The notes under the pieces were generated by a model, which made no database searches, was not told the origin of the DNA, and saw nothing but the letters and a program-made list of their open reading frames with translations. Positions 35,762-47,586 of a stretch of 64,000 bases of DNA are shown here, piece by piece. How positions within the stretch are numbered: the first letter of the stretch is position 1; each line of letters begins with the position of its first letter. The DNA is from Azolla caroliniana (lineage: Eukaryota; Plantae; Polypodiophyta). Location of the stretch: assembly GCA_043228905.1 (NCBI GenBank), contig JBHGNT010000002.1, forward strand, positions 11,594,001 to 11,658,000, read 5' to 3'. The translations under genes and the position numbers were made by a program.

Positions 35762-38482
35762 ATGGCGCTATATGAAGCAGCCAAGACATACAGTCTGGAG
35801 GGATTCCTCCGTATAATAGAAGCACCGCTGCACGAGGAACCAGAGAAGGTCTCTCTATGGATTGACCTCGAGGAAATAACGCAGGAAGCTATGCGTGCCC
35901 TCATCGAACTACCGGAGGGAGGACTATACTCCATTGAGACCTTGATAGAGTACTTAGGTGAGTACTCCATTGCCAACAAGGCGTATAGAACACAGGGTGG
36001 TGAAGAGGCCATGTTTCGGGAGGTAGCATGTGTTCTCCACGAATATGGTTTCGTGCACCCCCGCCCTTTGACAATGCCTAAAAACAGAGCCGGGTTTATC
36101 ATCGCAACACACGAAGGAGTTAAAGTGGATTGGCCGATGATCATCACTAATTCATTACGAGCGGCCATCCAATCGGTGGTAGATGGGAAGAAGGTTTGGA
36201 CGGCGATGGCGTAGTGGCTAACACTTCTCGCCCTGCCGGTGCTAGCCATTAAGGCAAAGAGAGGGCTCGACCGGCAGACACAACGCCGAACAAGCCATCC
36301 AAGTGGCAACAGCTCCTCAGACACCTAGATGGACAGAGGGAGGTTCGGTGTAGAAGGAACAAGAACAACTAAGGGATTCAACGGAGAAGGAAAAGCAGCA
36401 GTTGAGCCGGAAGCAACCAACAGAGACAGTGGGGCCGGTGGAAAAGCTGGCCAAGGCATTCAGGATCAAGCTACATCGATAGGAGAAGGAAGGAGACGAT
36501 ATGGTCCGGAGGGTGCACCAAGAAACCACAGAGGAAGAGGTAGAGGAAGAACCGACCGAAACCCTCCAGCGTCATCCACGGAAGCACGACACGGAGCGGC
36601 AGGGGGAAGGAGCGGGTGCAATGTTGGACAACACCCTGACGACTTGCTCAGTGGTGGTAGAACCTTGGACAGAGGCAGAACCGGAAAAAAGGCCAGAAGG
36701 AGCCGATTACAGAGATTCAAACCTCACCATGCCTTCAAGAATAATAGCACAAAGAGCGCCGTCCGGAGCCGACACTAGTGCCACAGGTCCAACGGTTCAA
36801 AACCGAGCCCAAACCAACACCGGCGCATGGACTGCCATTCGTTCTCCCAATACAACAAGGAACCTCCTGGTAATGGTTGAGATGGCTGGGGGAGCAGGTG
36901 CCGAGAATTGTGAACTAGATGGAGCAAGAAGAAAGGATGCAAATGGATCGGTTGCTAGCCACGACCGAAGAATTAGAAAAGGCTTGGATACGGATCCGGA
37001 GCTTAGAAGAAGAATTGGAGAAGGTCAAGGAACAAGTGGCCGGTGTGGCCCAAATAGGGCTAAATACAACCACAGAGCCGATGGCACCGGCTAATACACA
37101 GACAAGCAAAGAACCGGGGTCTAGCACAACACCGATAAATGATTACAAGCATGAACAAGAAATCACCACCTTGAAAGAAGAATTGTCGTCTCAAGAGGCC
37201 CTACGGGGCAGAGAAAGGGAGCAAAAGAAGATAGCTGAGGAGGAGAAGCAGAGGATTGAAGAGACCCTTCGGAAAAGTGAGGCTAACAACAACCGACTGA
37301 AAGAAGAAAGAGAAAAACTACTGCAGGAAAAGGAGAAGCTCCGGTGAGGTGCAGCAACGGAAATCGAACGACTCAAGGAGGAGCTCTAGGAACAAAAGGA
37401 AAGGGAGGACCATGCACGAGGGCAAATCAACCAGAAGTTAAAACAAAAAACAAAAGATTTTGAGAAGTTGCACCGAGATCGCAAACAACTTGATGCGGAG
37501 CATAAGAAGTTAATCGCAGAGGGTGATCGGCAACAAAAGAAGATCAGAGAACTCCGGGCTGATGTAGCAAAGAAAGCGGATGCACTGGCAGAGGAACGGA
37601 CAAAGGTAGTCAAGTCGGCGAAGATGCTAGAGGAGGCGGAAAGAGAAAGAATGGAGCTCAATAGGGAGCATTACCAGGAGGTTGAATAGGAAAAAATGGC
37701 TCTGGATAGGGTGCAAACAACCTATCAAACCCAATTGCTGAAATCTATGGTTCAAGCCTAGGCAACCACGGCTCTGATAAAGAAATTGAAGGAGGAAAAG
37801 GAGGTCGCGGAGGACAAGTCCAAGCTAGGGCTAAACCAGATCCGGGACATTTTGTTGGCATGGAAAGAACGGAGGAAGAGGATGATCGGCAAAAGCTTGG
37901 TAGAATGGTGGAGAACGTGGATGCAACAAGTGGCCGAATTACAGGTCCTATGAGCGGACATCGAGAACCGGAGAAAAGACGACGACCACTTCTATAAGAT
38001 GGATGTAGAAAGCATTGTCACCATCCGGGAAGAGTTGTCGGATGACTTTCTGTCCTTGGCTGGAGAGCAATTGGCTGTTGTCCGAAGGTTGTTAGAATCA
38101 TAGTTCCTAATATTCGCGTACGTCCAATTTACTGGACGTACGCGAACGTTTGCAAACGTATGCGTATGATACGCGATATTCGTTTGGCTTTTTTTTTTTT
38201 TTGACTTTTTTTTGGTTTTTTTTTTTTTTGATATTCATAATATTTTGTGAATAGAAGTGACATCTGACACACATACACACACGCACTCTCTCTCTCTCAC
38301 ACGAGAACTGACAGATTTTCTCTCTCTACAAAATCTAGATATCTAATATACATATTACATACTCCCTCACACAGACAAAACCCATAGCTCCTCTCTCTCT
38401 CTCTCTCTCTAGAGTCTAGATATACACTCAATCATTGTCTCCTCACACATCCAAAACAGGGCTTCTCTCTCTAGACCACACA

Positions 38483-38525
<43 letters not shown>

Positions 38526-39040
38526 CCTCACACACACACACACTATGTACTTGGAGCGTATGGATTTCAATCATACTTGGAGCCTTTTCACGTATGAGTA
38601 TGATACGAATATTGGCGTTTGAGTATGACACGAATGGGACGTATGGCTAGAACTATGGTTAGAATGATTGGACGATGACCAACTCAGCACCCAACTCTAG
38701 TTCGAGCGATTGGAATGGGAGCATCAATGAAAGGAGGTGGCACAGATGACGACGATGATTAACATCAATGATGAACAACAATCTCCGGATCAACCACCAA
38801 ATGGAACAAAGGCAGGAGCAGCGCAGCCGAACAGAGACAGAACAAAGAAGCCGGATCTAAACTAGCAAAAGCCAAATAGGAGCAACGAGAATAAGAACCG
38901 AGGGCAGGAGCTGGAGAAGACGGAAATGCCAGAGATGGAAAGGACCAACAGGAGGAGCAACCGCAACAGGAGCAATGCAAGGAGCAGCCAGAGCAAGAGC
39001 AGCAACGTGAGGAACCTCTCGAACCCCTTGACCAGAGTAT
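35762..39040 (+). pseudogene. Additional 3' ORF of the second non-chromovirus element, disrupted and split by a MITE
   Basis: 'YLGEYSIANKAYRT...FREVA..L.EYGFVH...MPKNRAGFII.T.EG..VDW' followed by E/K/R-rich heptad fragments (36919-37347, 37468-37689). Confidence 0.72.
38099..38657. mobile_element. Non-autonomous hAT-type DNA transposon (MITE)
   Basis: TIR CATAGTTC...GAACTATG and 8-bp TSD GTTAGAAT (38091-38098, 38658-38665). GTATGATACG motifs occur near both ends. The interior is non-coding and microsatellite-rich. Confidence 0.88.
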
Positions 39041-39044
39041 CTTG

Positions 39045-42000
39045 TGTTAGGAAATCTGTCCCTGCGGATGGGAAGAGAAGAGCCGAGTTGACAAGAAACC
39101 GAAATCGTGTAGACAGCCAACTCGGAAGACTATACTTGTAAATAGTCTAAATATGCCCTTATGGGCTACACTTGTAAATAACCCAAAAGGTGTACTAGTA
39201 TAAGTACTTAGGGCAATCATGATGATTATGATGAGTCATTGTTAAAAAGTTACTTAGAAGGTCATTGCCTCTGTAACTGCATAACAATAAGTAAGTGAGA
39301 GTGAGAGAGTGTGTAACTGTGTAGCCGTCTGTTGATGAAGTAGAATCTTGAGGTCGTTGCCTCAGAGCTTCTAGTTGTACTCCTCCTTTTAGCATAATGA
39401 TTCTGTTTCTTGGGGTTTGTGGACCCCCGTGGTTTTCCCATTTCGGGTTTCCACGTTAAAGATCGTTTGTTTCTATCTCTTGTGCCATTTCTGTTTTCGC
39501 ACTCTGTCTGAGTGCATTCTACTTTACGTTCCCTGCACCCAAACATCCGAATGATAAGCCGGTTGTGGCCGGTCACGATTCTCGACAAAGTGGTATCAGA
39601 GCGAACAACACAAGAAATGGAAGAATCGTTCGACAGGCATGTTCAAGCTCACCGGCTCCAACTACTCAATGTGGAAGTCGAAGATGAGGGATATGCTGGT
39701 GGTTAAAGATCTTTGGTTGCCGGTTCAGTTCGGGGACACGAGACCGGATAAGATCGACGCCACAGTGTGGGAGGTGATGCACATAAAGACGACAACATAC
39801 ATCCGGTGTTCATCGACATGATCCTGTACAACCATTTCAATGAAGAAAGTAAGGCTCATGAACTCTAGGAGAAGATCGACATCATGTTCTAGTGGTTAGG
39901 CCTAATAAGTATATATAGAGAGGTGTAGAGTTCAAGCTTCTCTTGGTGCAAACCAAGGAGTATTTTGTTCACCTTCCTTTTTTGTGACAAAGGAAATAAA
40001 GAAAAAGCATGTAATGTTAATATAGGTGCCTTTGTCCTCTATAAGAGAGGATGAATAGGGCTTAATATGGGGTCGCGCATTTTGGCTTAGGGGTGTACCA
40101 CTAGGATTTCTTCTTCTTCAAGGGTTAGGGTTTGGTAGCCTCCCTTTCTCTTTCATCTTTTCCTTCTAGGGTTAAGGTTTGAGAGCTTCTTTTCTTCTCA
40201 ACATACTAGAGGACTTAGGTTTTTTGGGTTTATGAGTTTAGATTCTATTCTACGTCTTACTCAAGAGAGTTTAGGTCTTGAATTCCTTCCACAATGGCTT
40301 CTTCGGCATCTCGGTGGTAGTCAACTTGGTGGTTGGTTGCGGAAGGGAGGTTGTAGTGGCACGAGGGCTACTTTGAATCAAGCCAACATAGCCGTCGAAA
40401 GTAGTCGGGCTCGGAGCCCACTAGACTCGCCTTCGCTTGATTATTTTAGGCTTTGGTTGATTTATAACTGATTATTGTAATAACCACCGAAATTGTGCTG
40501 TCAAGCCTAACAATTGTAAAAAAATTAAAAACAAAAACCCTAATCTATATAACAAATTATGTATATTTCCCTATGTCTTTGTCTTAATCTCCCACTTCCT
40601 CACTACTTTTGTCTCCTCGGTCCAAGGCCCTAGCGGTCCTGTTCAAGCAATACACACACGCGAAACTTTGTGACAATGCAAAACCAACACATTGTACGTA
40701 ATGAATGTTCGATTATGCCGCGGGGAAGTGAATGTGGCAGCCGAAACAATCGGTGAACTGTGGCACAAGAGGTTGTGCCACATGAGCCAAAAGGGGATGC
40801 GGAAACTTGCTGAGGAAAACCTCATTTCGGAGGTGAAGTGTTGAGAGACAAGCTCAACATTCGTGCGTAATATGATGCGTAACCCAATGCGTAGACTGGG
40901 TGTGTAAATCGGTACGCATAACATGGCCGTATCGGTGCGTAAACTACGAGGCCATTGGGAAGATATTCCTCGTAAGGAATAATTTTGGGAGTTAGTGTAG
41001 TAGGCTCATTTATGAGTGGTTAAGTACTGTCAGTACTTGTGTCAGCCCTATTGTCAGGGCTTGTATAAAAGGTGCTCATTGAGCACGGTGTATAGATAGA
41101 TTGAGTACAGATTGAGTATTGAATTGAGTTTTCTGTGTGTTCTTTCTCTGTCTCTCCCGTGTACTGTGTATACTCAAGCTCTCCATTGAACCTGCGTATT
41201 TTCTGTGTTCGGTTTTCTATTGCTTCCGCACATAATCTTTTTCATGGTATCAGAGCGCGAGGGTTGAGAACCTCTGCAACTGACATAGCGTGAAAAGAAA
41301 ACTAACTAAGAAGAATAGGAAAAACAAAATGGATAGAGGCATGGCTAGCTCGCTTCCTACCGAGAAGCTTGACAGAAACAACTACGTGTCTTGGTCGTAC
41401 AAGATGCACCAGTACTTGCTCAGGCACGGTTATTGGAACTATGTCGACGGAGCAAATGACATAGCACCCGAATCGACACACGGAGACCTCCTGACGTGGG
41501 AACAGTCGGCGAGCAGAGTACTGTACTGCATCGCGTCTTGTGTGGGAGAACAACTCCTGAGCTATATTCGGGATGCAAAAACACCAAAGGATGCTTGGGG
41601 AAATCTGAAGAAGATCTTCGCCGCAAGCACCACAGCCAGGAAGCTTCAACTTTGACAAGAACTGAGCAATTTACGACAACGTGACTTGTCGGTGGCTGAT
41701 TACACCTCGAAGATCAAAGAGATATGTGACTACTTAGCCTCTATCGATGTGAACGTCGAGGAAGGAGAGATGGTGCAGATTTGTCTCAGGGGACTGGCGT
41801 CGAAGTTTGGAGTGACCAACCGAGGAGCACCTTCAGTGCGCACAACGCGTACTCCATCAGTGGCACTAAGGACCGGGGGCTACTATATCAGACCGATACT
41901 GCTGCGCAGTTGGTTGGTTACACCGATGCTGATTGGGCTGGAAACGCCGCCAATCGTCGATCCACGTTGGGTTTTGCGTTCTCTTTGGAGTGTCGTGATC

Positions 42001-43328
42001 GTGTGGAGTAGCAAGAAGCAGCCGACAGTTGCGCTATCGAGCACCGAAGCCGAGTATAGAGGAGCGGTTGTCGCGACATGCGAAGCCATATGGTTGAAGC
42101 GGCTACTTAAGGATCTGCAGGTGAAGGTATCCGATCCAATGATCATCCACTGCGACAACCTCAGTAGCATCGAGCTAGCTAAGAACCCCGTCTTCCACGC
42201 CCGTATTAAGCACATTGAGGTGCACTACCATTTCGTCTGTGAGCGTGTCCTCTCCGGTGAACTCGAACTGCAGTATGTTCTGACGGATCGGCAGAATGCT
42301 GACATCTTCACCAAGCCTCTTGGTCTAGACAAGTTGCGGCAATTCTCGGGTGTGCTTGGGTTGCGTCACCTCGACGTGCCGAACTTGAGGGGGAGAGACG
42401 TCCATGATGACCATGGAAGGGAGCAGGAAAAGAGTGGAAAAGACCGTGACGCCGAGTCAGATAACCAATTTGATTTCGGATCGGCTGAAGAAGCCGAGGG
42501 CAGATCCGCGGAAGAGTCTGAAAGCGAACATAAAGGGAGCAGTCAAAAGAAAGAGCCGAAGCCAACCAAGCGAGGGGGAGATGAAGCCATCAAGGGTGAG
42601 AAGGCCGAAGATGAGTTGGAGACAACCAACTCGGATGAGAGTGAAAACTGATCGGAGGAAGCCGAGTTGGTTCAGATCTTTGATTCGGATACGCTGAATC
42701 AACCAAGGGCCAACCAGAAGAGAAGGCAACAACAGAGGCGCCAACACCACAATAGCAAGGAAGCTGAGAAGGGCCGTGTAAGTAGACAAGTCGACCAGAA
42801 GGATCGAGGCGCGCGGAATTGAACGGGTCGAGGAGCGCGAATGAGGCGTGAAGCCAGAAGGAACCAGAGCCTAGATCCGGCGGAGCAGGTGGAACCTCAA
42901 GTTGATCTTGAGGGGGAGTGTTGAGAGACAAGCTTCACATTCGTGTGTAATATGATGCGTACCCAGTGCGTAGACTGGGTGCATAAATCGGTATGCATAA
43001 CATGGCCGTATCAGTGCGTAAACCGCGAGGCCATTGGGAAGATATTCCTCGTAAGGAATAATTTTGGGAGTTAGTGTAGTAGGCTCATTTATGAGTGGTT
43101 ATGTTCTGTCAGTACTTGTGTCTAGGGCTTGTATAAAAGGTGCTCACTGAGCACGGTGTATAGATAGATTGAGTATTGAATTGAGTTTTCTGTGTGTTCT
43201 CTCTCTGTCTCTCCCGTGTACTGTGTATACTCAAGCTCTCCATTGAACCTGCGTATTTTCTGTGTTCGGTTTTCTATTGCTTCCGCACATAATCTTTTTC
43301 AACCTCATTCCGGAGGTGAAGAACGTGC
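39045..43328 (+). mobile_element. Fragmentary copia (family B-related): LTR 39045-39587, PBS, gag start, gag-pre-integrase piece
   Basis: TGTTAG...TCTCGACA, TGGTATCAGAGC at 39591-39602, 'FKLTGSNYSMWKSKMRDML', and 'LWHKRLCHMSQKG' at ~40760, which resumes at 43322 after a nested insertion. Confidence 0.75.
40839..43301 (+). mobile_element. Internally deleted copia family A element (2.46 kb, both LTRs)
   Basis: LTRs 40839-41244 and 42919-43301, PBS 41245-41256 and PPT TTGAGGGGGAG. gag is joined near 41810 to the RT end and RNase H. The element is flanked by a 20-bp direct repeat. Confidence 0.92.
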
Positions 43329-43824
43329 TGTTGGGGACAAGGCCATCAATGCGGAAGTGCAAGCAACATTCTGTTTGAAGAAGAACCTGTGTATGCGCAT
43401 AAGCAAGATAGATAGATAGAGAGAGAGAGATAGGCTCAAACAAATCGTTATATTCCAATAGCAACAGTTACAAAGAATGACAACCGACCTTTTCTAAAGG
43501 TTACAAAGTCACTTTATATAGTGACTGTCCTAGGGCAACTGCCCTTTATGCTATTTACAAAAATAGCCCAAACTTGGGTTGTCCAAAGGGACAGTGTGAA
43601 TACGGCCATTATACACTCGTATTCGACACTCCCCCGTAATGGGCGTATAGATGGGTTATCTAAAAAATTACAGGTATATACAAGGTTTATCGGACAAGTC
43701 GGTTTTGTTAGAGTCGGCAAGATCCGAAGACAGAAGACCGAACCAGTCGGGTCGAAAGAGCTGAAGCCGATCCTTAAAAAACCGATGTCGGTGGTCCGAA
43801 ACCATCTTGTGCTGTGTGTCTGAC
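43329..43824 (-). mobile_element. 3' LTR (43329-43628) plus PPT and 3' internal remnant of another LTR element
   Basis: On the minus strand, GGGGGAG is followed by TGTCGAA...CCCCAACA, with a TATA-like motif at ~43513-43521. Confidence 0.6.
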
Positions 43825-45336
43825 TGTTGAGAGAGAAGCTCAACATCGGCCGGATCGGCTGAAGAAGCCGAGGACCGGATCAGTTGGGACCGATCGGTTA
43901 GGCCGAGTGCGTAAACCGGGTGGCCGTTAGGAAAGATATTCCGTGAGGAATATATTTGGGAGTTAGTGTAGGAGCTCTTAAAGAGCATTGAAGTACGGTT
44001 AGTACTTCGGTCAGTCCTTCGAGGACTTGTATAAAAGTGTTCATGGAACACACATATGTATAGAGTGTGCTGAATAAAGATTGTTTGTTGTTGAATATAG
44101 TTCTTGTGTTTTTCTCTCTCTCACTCTCTTTGTCTCTCCCGAGTATACTGCGTAAGCTCAAGCTCTCCATTAAACGTGAGTGTTCTTCCTTCTGTTTGGT
44201 CTTCATACTTGCTTCCGCACGTTACTTTTTACATGGTATCAGAGCGCGAGGGTTGAGAACCTCTTTGCAGCTGACACAACTTGACGAAGAAGAACAAGAA
44301 GAACGATGGATAGAGGCATGCTGAGCTCGCTTCCAACAGAGAAGCTCGACAGAACCAACTACGCGTCTTGGTCCTACAAGATGCACCAATACCTGCTCGG
44401 GCATGGCTATTGGAGTTATGTCGAAGGAGCTAATGACGCGGCAACCGAATCGACACACAGAGACTTCCCGTCGTGGGAGCAATCGGCGAGCAGGGTATTA
44501 TACTGCTTCGCGTCGTGTGTGGGCGAATAGCTATTGAGCTATGTTCGGGATGCAAAGATGCCGAAGGGTGCGTGGGAAAATCTGAAGAAGATTTTCGCCG
44601 CGAGCACCACAGCCAGGAAGCTTCAGCTCCGACAGGAGTTGAGCAACCTACGACAACGCGACTTGTCGGTGGCAGACTATACCTCGAAGATCAAGGATAT
44701 CTGCGACTCCCTCGCCTCCTTAGAGGTGAACATCGAGGAGAGCGAGATGGTCCAGATCTGTCTCGGAGGTTTGGCGTCGAAGTTCGGAGCGTTCCGAACG
44801 GCTGTGTGTACTCGGGAGAATACGCCGTCCTTTTTCGACTTACAGTCAATGCTCCTGGTAGAGGAGAACCACGTGGGTGCGTCTACAAGCACGCACACCG
44901 ACAACAGAATGTTGTACACGGAGGGAGATAGGCCCTGTGGACGTGGAGGACGAGGTGAGTCGGCACGCAATGGAGGCGGCCGACGAGATCAAGGAAGAAG
45001 CCACCGAAGTGATGCCGACAGCAACTCCGGACCCTCCGGAAACAGGGGGAGTCGAAGCAATGAGAACCGGCAAGGGAAGGCCATCGCGGAGTGCTGGTAC
45101 TGTGGCAAGAAAGGCCACAAGGAAAATGAGTGCTGGAAGAAGCACGCGGAGTCGGAGAGAACCGGTTCCGGAAATGGCTCCGGACATACCGACAAGGGAA
45201 ATCGGCAGCGATTGCACTACGCTGAAGACTCCGGGAGAGCCGGAGAAGGGTCTACCTTCGTGACAAGACATGAAGCAAACTCAATGAAACGAACCACCCC
45301 GAGATCGGACGAGGTGTGGTACGTAGACTCCGGCGC
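43825..45336 (+). mobile_element. Copia family A 5' part (LTR 43825-44233, PBS, gag to protease WYVDSG)
   Basis: PBS at 44234-44245. gag 44306-45336 has one in-frame TAG at 44528-44530 and is cut by the LTR starting at 45337. Confidence 0.9.
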
Positions 45337-45904
45337 TGTCGTGAAGATTTTCGGCAATAGTGTGAAAATCCTATAAAACGTACGAAATCGAGTATGAATC
45401 ACGTAGTACAATAATTGTGAAGATAACATTTTAAATAGATTTAATATCTAAGTACAAAATGATGGAGGTTTTGAATGCACTTTATTACACGAGAAACGGA
45501 CAACTAAATGTCAAGATATGAGGGTATAAAGTTTGTAAAAGGAAAGGAGAAAATTGTGAGATATCCCACATAGGCACGACAAATACAGCTCTCATCATAT
45601 ATAAGGTGGAGCAAAAGATATTATCTTTGTGTCTGTGTGGAGCATAGAGAATTCAAGGTAACTTGAACTAAGAGTGGAGGTGGGCTAGCTACTCGTAAAG
45701 GGTTTTGGCCAACCAAAACCGGACCGGCGATGGAGCCGATGATCCGACGTCATCCGGCACCGGTATCCGACGGCAGCAACGGCATCCGGCGTCGGCACCG
45801 GTATCCCATCCTGCGGCGGCACCGGTATCTGGCGATGGCATCCGGCGAACCGGCGTCATAAATAAATATATATACATATTTACATATACAAGGAGGGCAA
45901 GTAA

Positions 45905-45958
45905 GGATTCGAGCCTTGCACCTCCAAGTTAGGAGTCAAATGGCTTACCATTAAGCCA
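45905..45958 (-). promoter_or_regulatory. tRNA-like A/B-box module inside an LTR
   Basis: Minus-strand TGGCTTAATGG and GGCTCGAATCC are 43 nt apart. The D stem GCTT/AAGC and T stem AAGG/CCTT are retained. Confidence 0.6.
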
Positions 45959-46900
45959 TGATATTTAGTTGAAATTATATTTTTATCATTGTACTTTTAC
46001 ATGTAAATTCTCATACATGAGAGCTAAAATGAGTGACATGGTTAGCATGCACCACATGTAGTACTTAAGTGCCAAATGGCAAACATGCAATTTATGCATG
46101 TCTTGTACCCTCACATGCATGAGAGCATCTATAAAAGAGGGAAGGGGGAGGAGAAAAAGGACGGTTTTTTTTATGAAAATTAAGAAGAAGAAATTCGTTA
46201 TCAAATCAATCGTGTAATCTCATCTTCTCTCTTTCCCAATCTTTCTTAAGTACTTTCTCACCAAAGCTTGTATCGACTCTAAATCCTTCTGGTCCAGAAC
46301 CCCGGCGGTTCCGCCTCACGATCCGCGCGTAGTGACGGATCTTCACGACATAATTAAGTGGTGAACCCGACGTGAAAGAGGCGGTAGGAAGGATCAAGTC
46401 GAGATTAATACTTGGAGATGGCGTCCTCAAGCAACCAAGCAGGAGAGCTCGAAAGGATGATGCTAATCGTCGAGCAAATGATGAGATCTCGGGACAACGA
46501 CGCGAGCGTGGAGAAGGCTGTCGATCGTGTCGTAGAGCTCGAGGGCCAATTCGATGGAAGGAACGTTACAAAGTTCCTTGATGCATATAAGAGGGAGATG
46601 AATCAAAGGGACGTGTCCGAGGCACGTCAAATCGCACGCTTCAAGAGAGTTGTCGCCAACAACATCCAAAGACGCGTCATCGAGCTTCAAGAAGGTAAGA
46701 CAACATGGTCCGAGTTCGAGAAAACGATACTAGCGGAGTTCGTGACTGGAGACTCAACGGGGATGACTCGACATGCCCTGATGAAGTGGATAGAGAAGAA
46801 GAATAAGAAGATGAGCGTCTCGAGGGTGTACGACGAATTCGACCAGATGTTTAGTCGTCTCCCCAATACGGACCAAGTGTTGCTTGAAGAGGACAAGACT

Positions 46901-47586
46901 TGTTGGTAGACAGGTCCCTCTGGATGGGAAGGGAGAAGAACAGTGCCGACGAACAAACTCGGCCGAGGCCGACAGGCCGAGGCCGAAACGGTATGAACCG
47001 AATGGGGAGAACCCGACTTCGGAGAGTCGAATGGTGTAGGCCCGGTATGAACCGAATGAGGAGTACCCGACTGCGGAGAGTCGGATGGTGTAGGCCCGGT
47101 ATGAACCGGATGAGGAGTACCCGACTGCGGAGAGCCGGATGGAGCCCATCGAGGCTACATTTGTAAATAGCTGAAAAGTCATATTAGTATAAATATGACT
47201 TAGGGCAAACTTTTAGTGTGTGCGCGGTTGTCATTATTGTTGTTATTCTTTCGTTGTTGAAAGAAGAAATCAGAGCACGCAACTGTACAGAGAGAGAGAG
47301 AGAGAGAGACGAGGTCGTTGCCTCTGTTGTAACCGCCGCCTGTGGCGAAGATCTGTGAGCACGAGGTCGTTGCCTCAGTGATCTCACTGTTGTATATTTC
47401 TACATAGTGACAGTTTGCAGCTTGTGGGCTGCCGTGGTTTTTCCCCTATTTTGGGGTTTTCCACGTATACCTCCTGTGTACCATTTCTCCTCTTTTGTGT
47501 CGCGTTTCATTACCTGTTTTTCTGTGTATGAAAAGAATCTCGGTTGTGGCCGAGCGTCGGACATAAGGAACGTCGAGTTCTTAACA
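46901..47586 (+). mobile_element. Solo LTR (copia family B-like) with internal 54-bp tandem repeats
   Basis: TGTTGG...TTAACA with TSD AGACT (46896-46900, 47587-47591). Removing it restores 'EEDKT|LYFLKAV'. Confidence 0.9.

Larger units (their letters stand above)
28275..39044 (+). mobile_element. Rearranged non-chromovirus gypsy element, related to 16891-26068; 3' LTR not seen
   Basis: LTR 28275-28726 (TGTTG...GTAACA) with TGGCGACC PBS-like sequence at ~28734. Contains gag, protease, a duplicated gag, an RT tandem array, RNase H, integrase to 35434 and an extra ORF from 35762. Confidence 0.85.

Noticed and set aside
41686-42651. Novel 321-aa gag-RNase H fusion protein
   Set aside because: Product of an internal deletion with an out-of-frame middle segment, and the upstream gag has a stop at 41653-41655.
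45890-45966. Functional tRNA gene (possible CCT anticodon loop)
   Set aside because: Acceptor and anticodon stems do not pair. Treated as a tRNA-derived promoter module. The same applies to 4981-5033, 53788-53841, 54244-54297 and 62551-62602.
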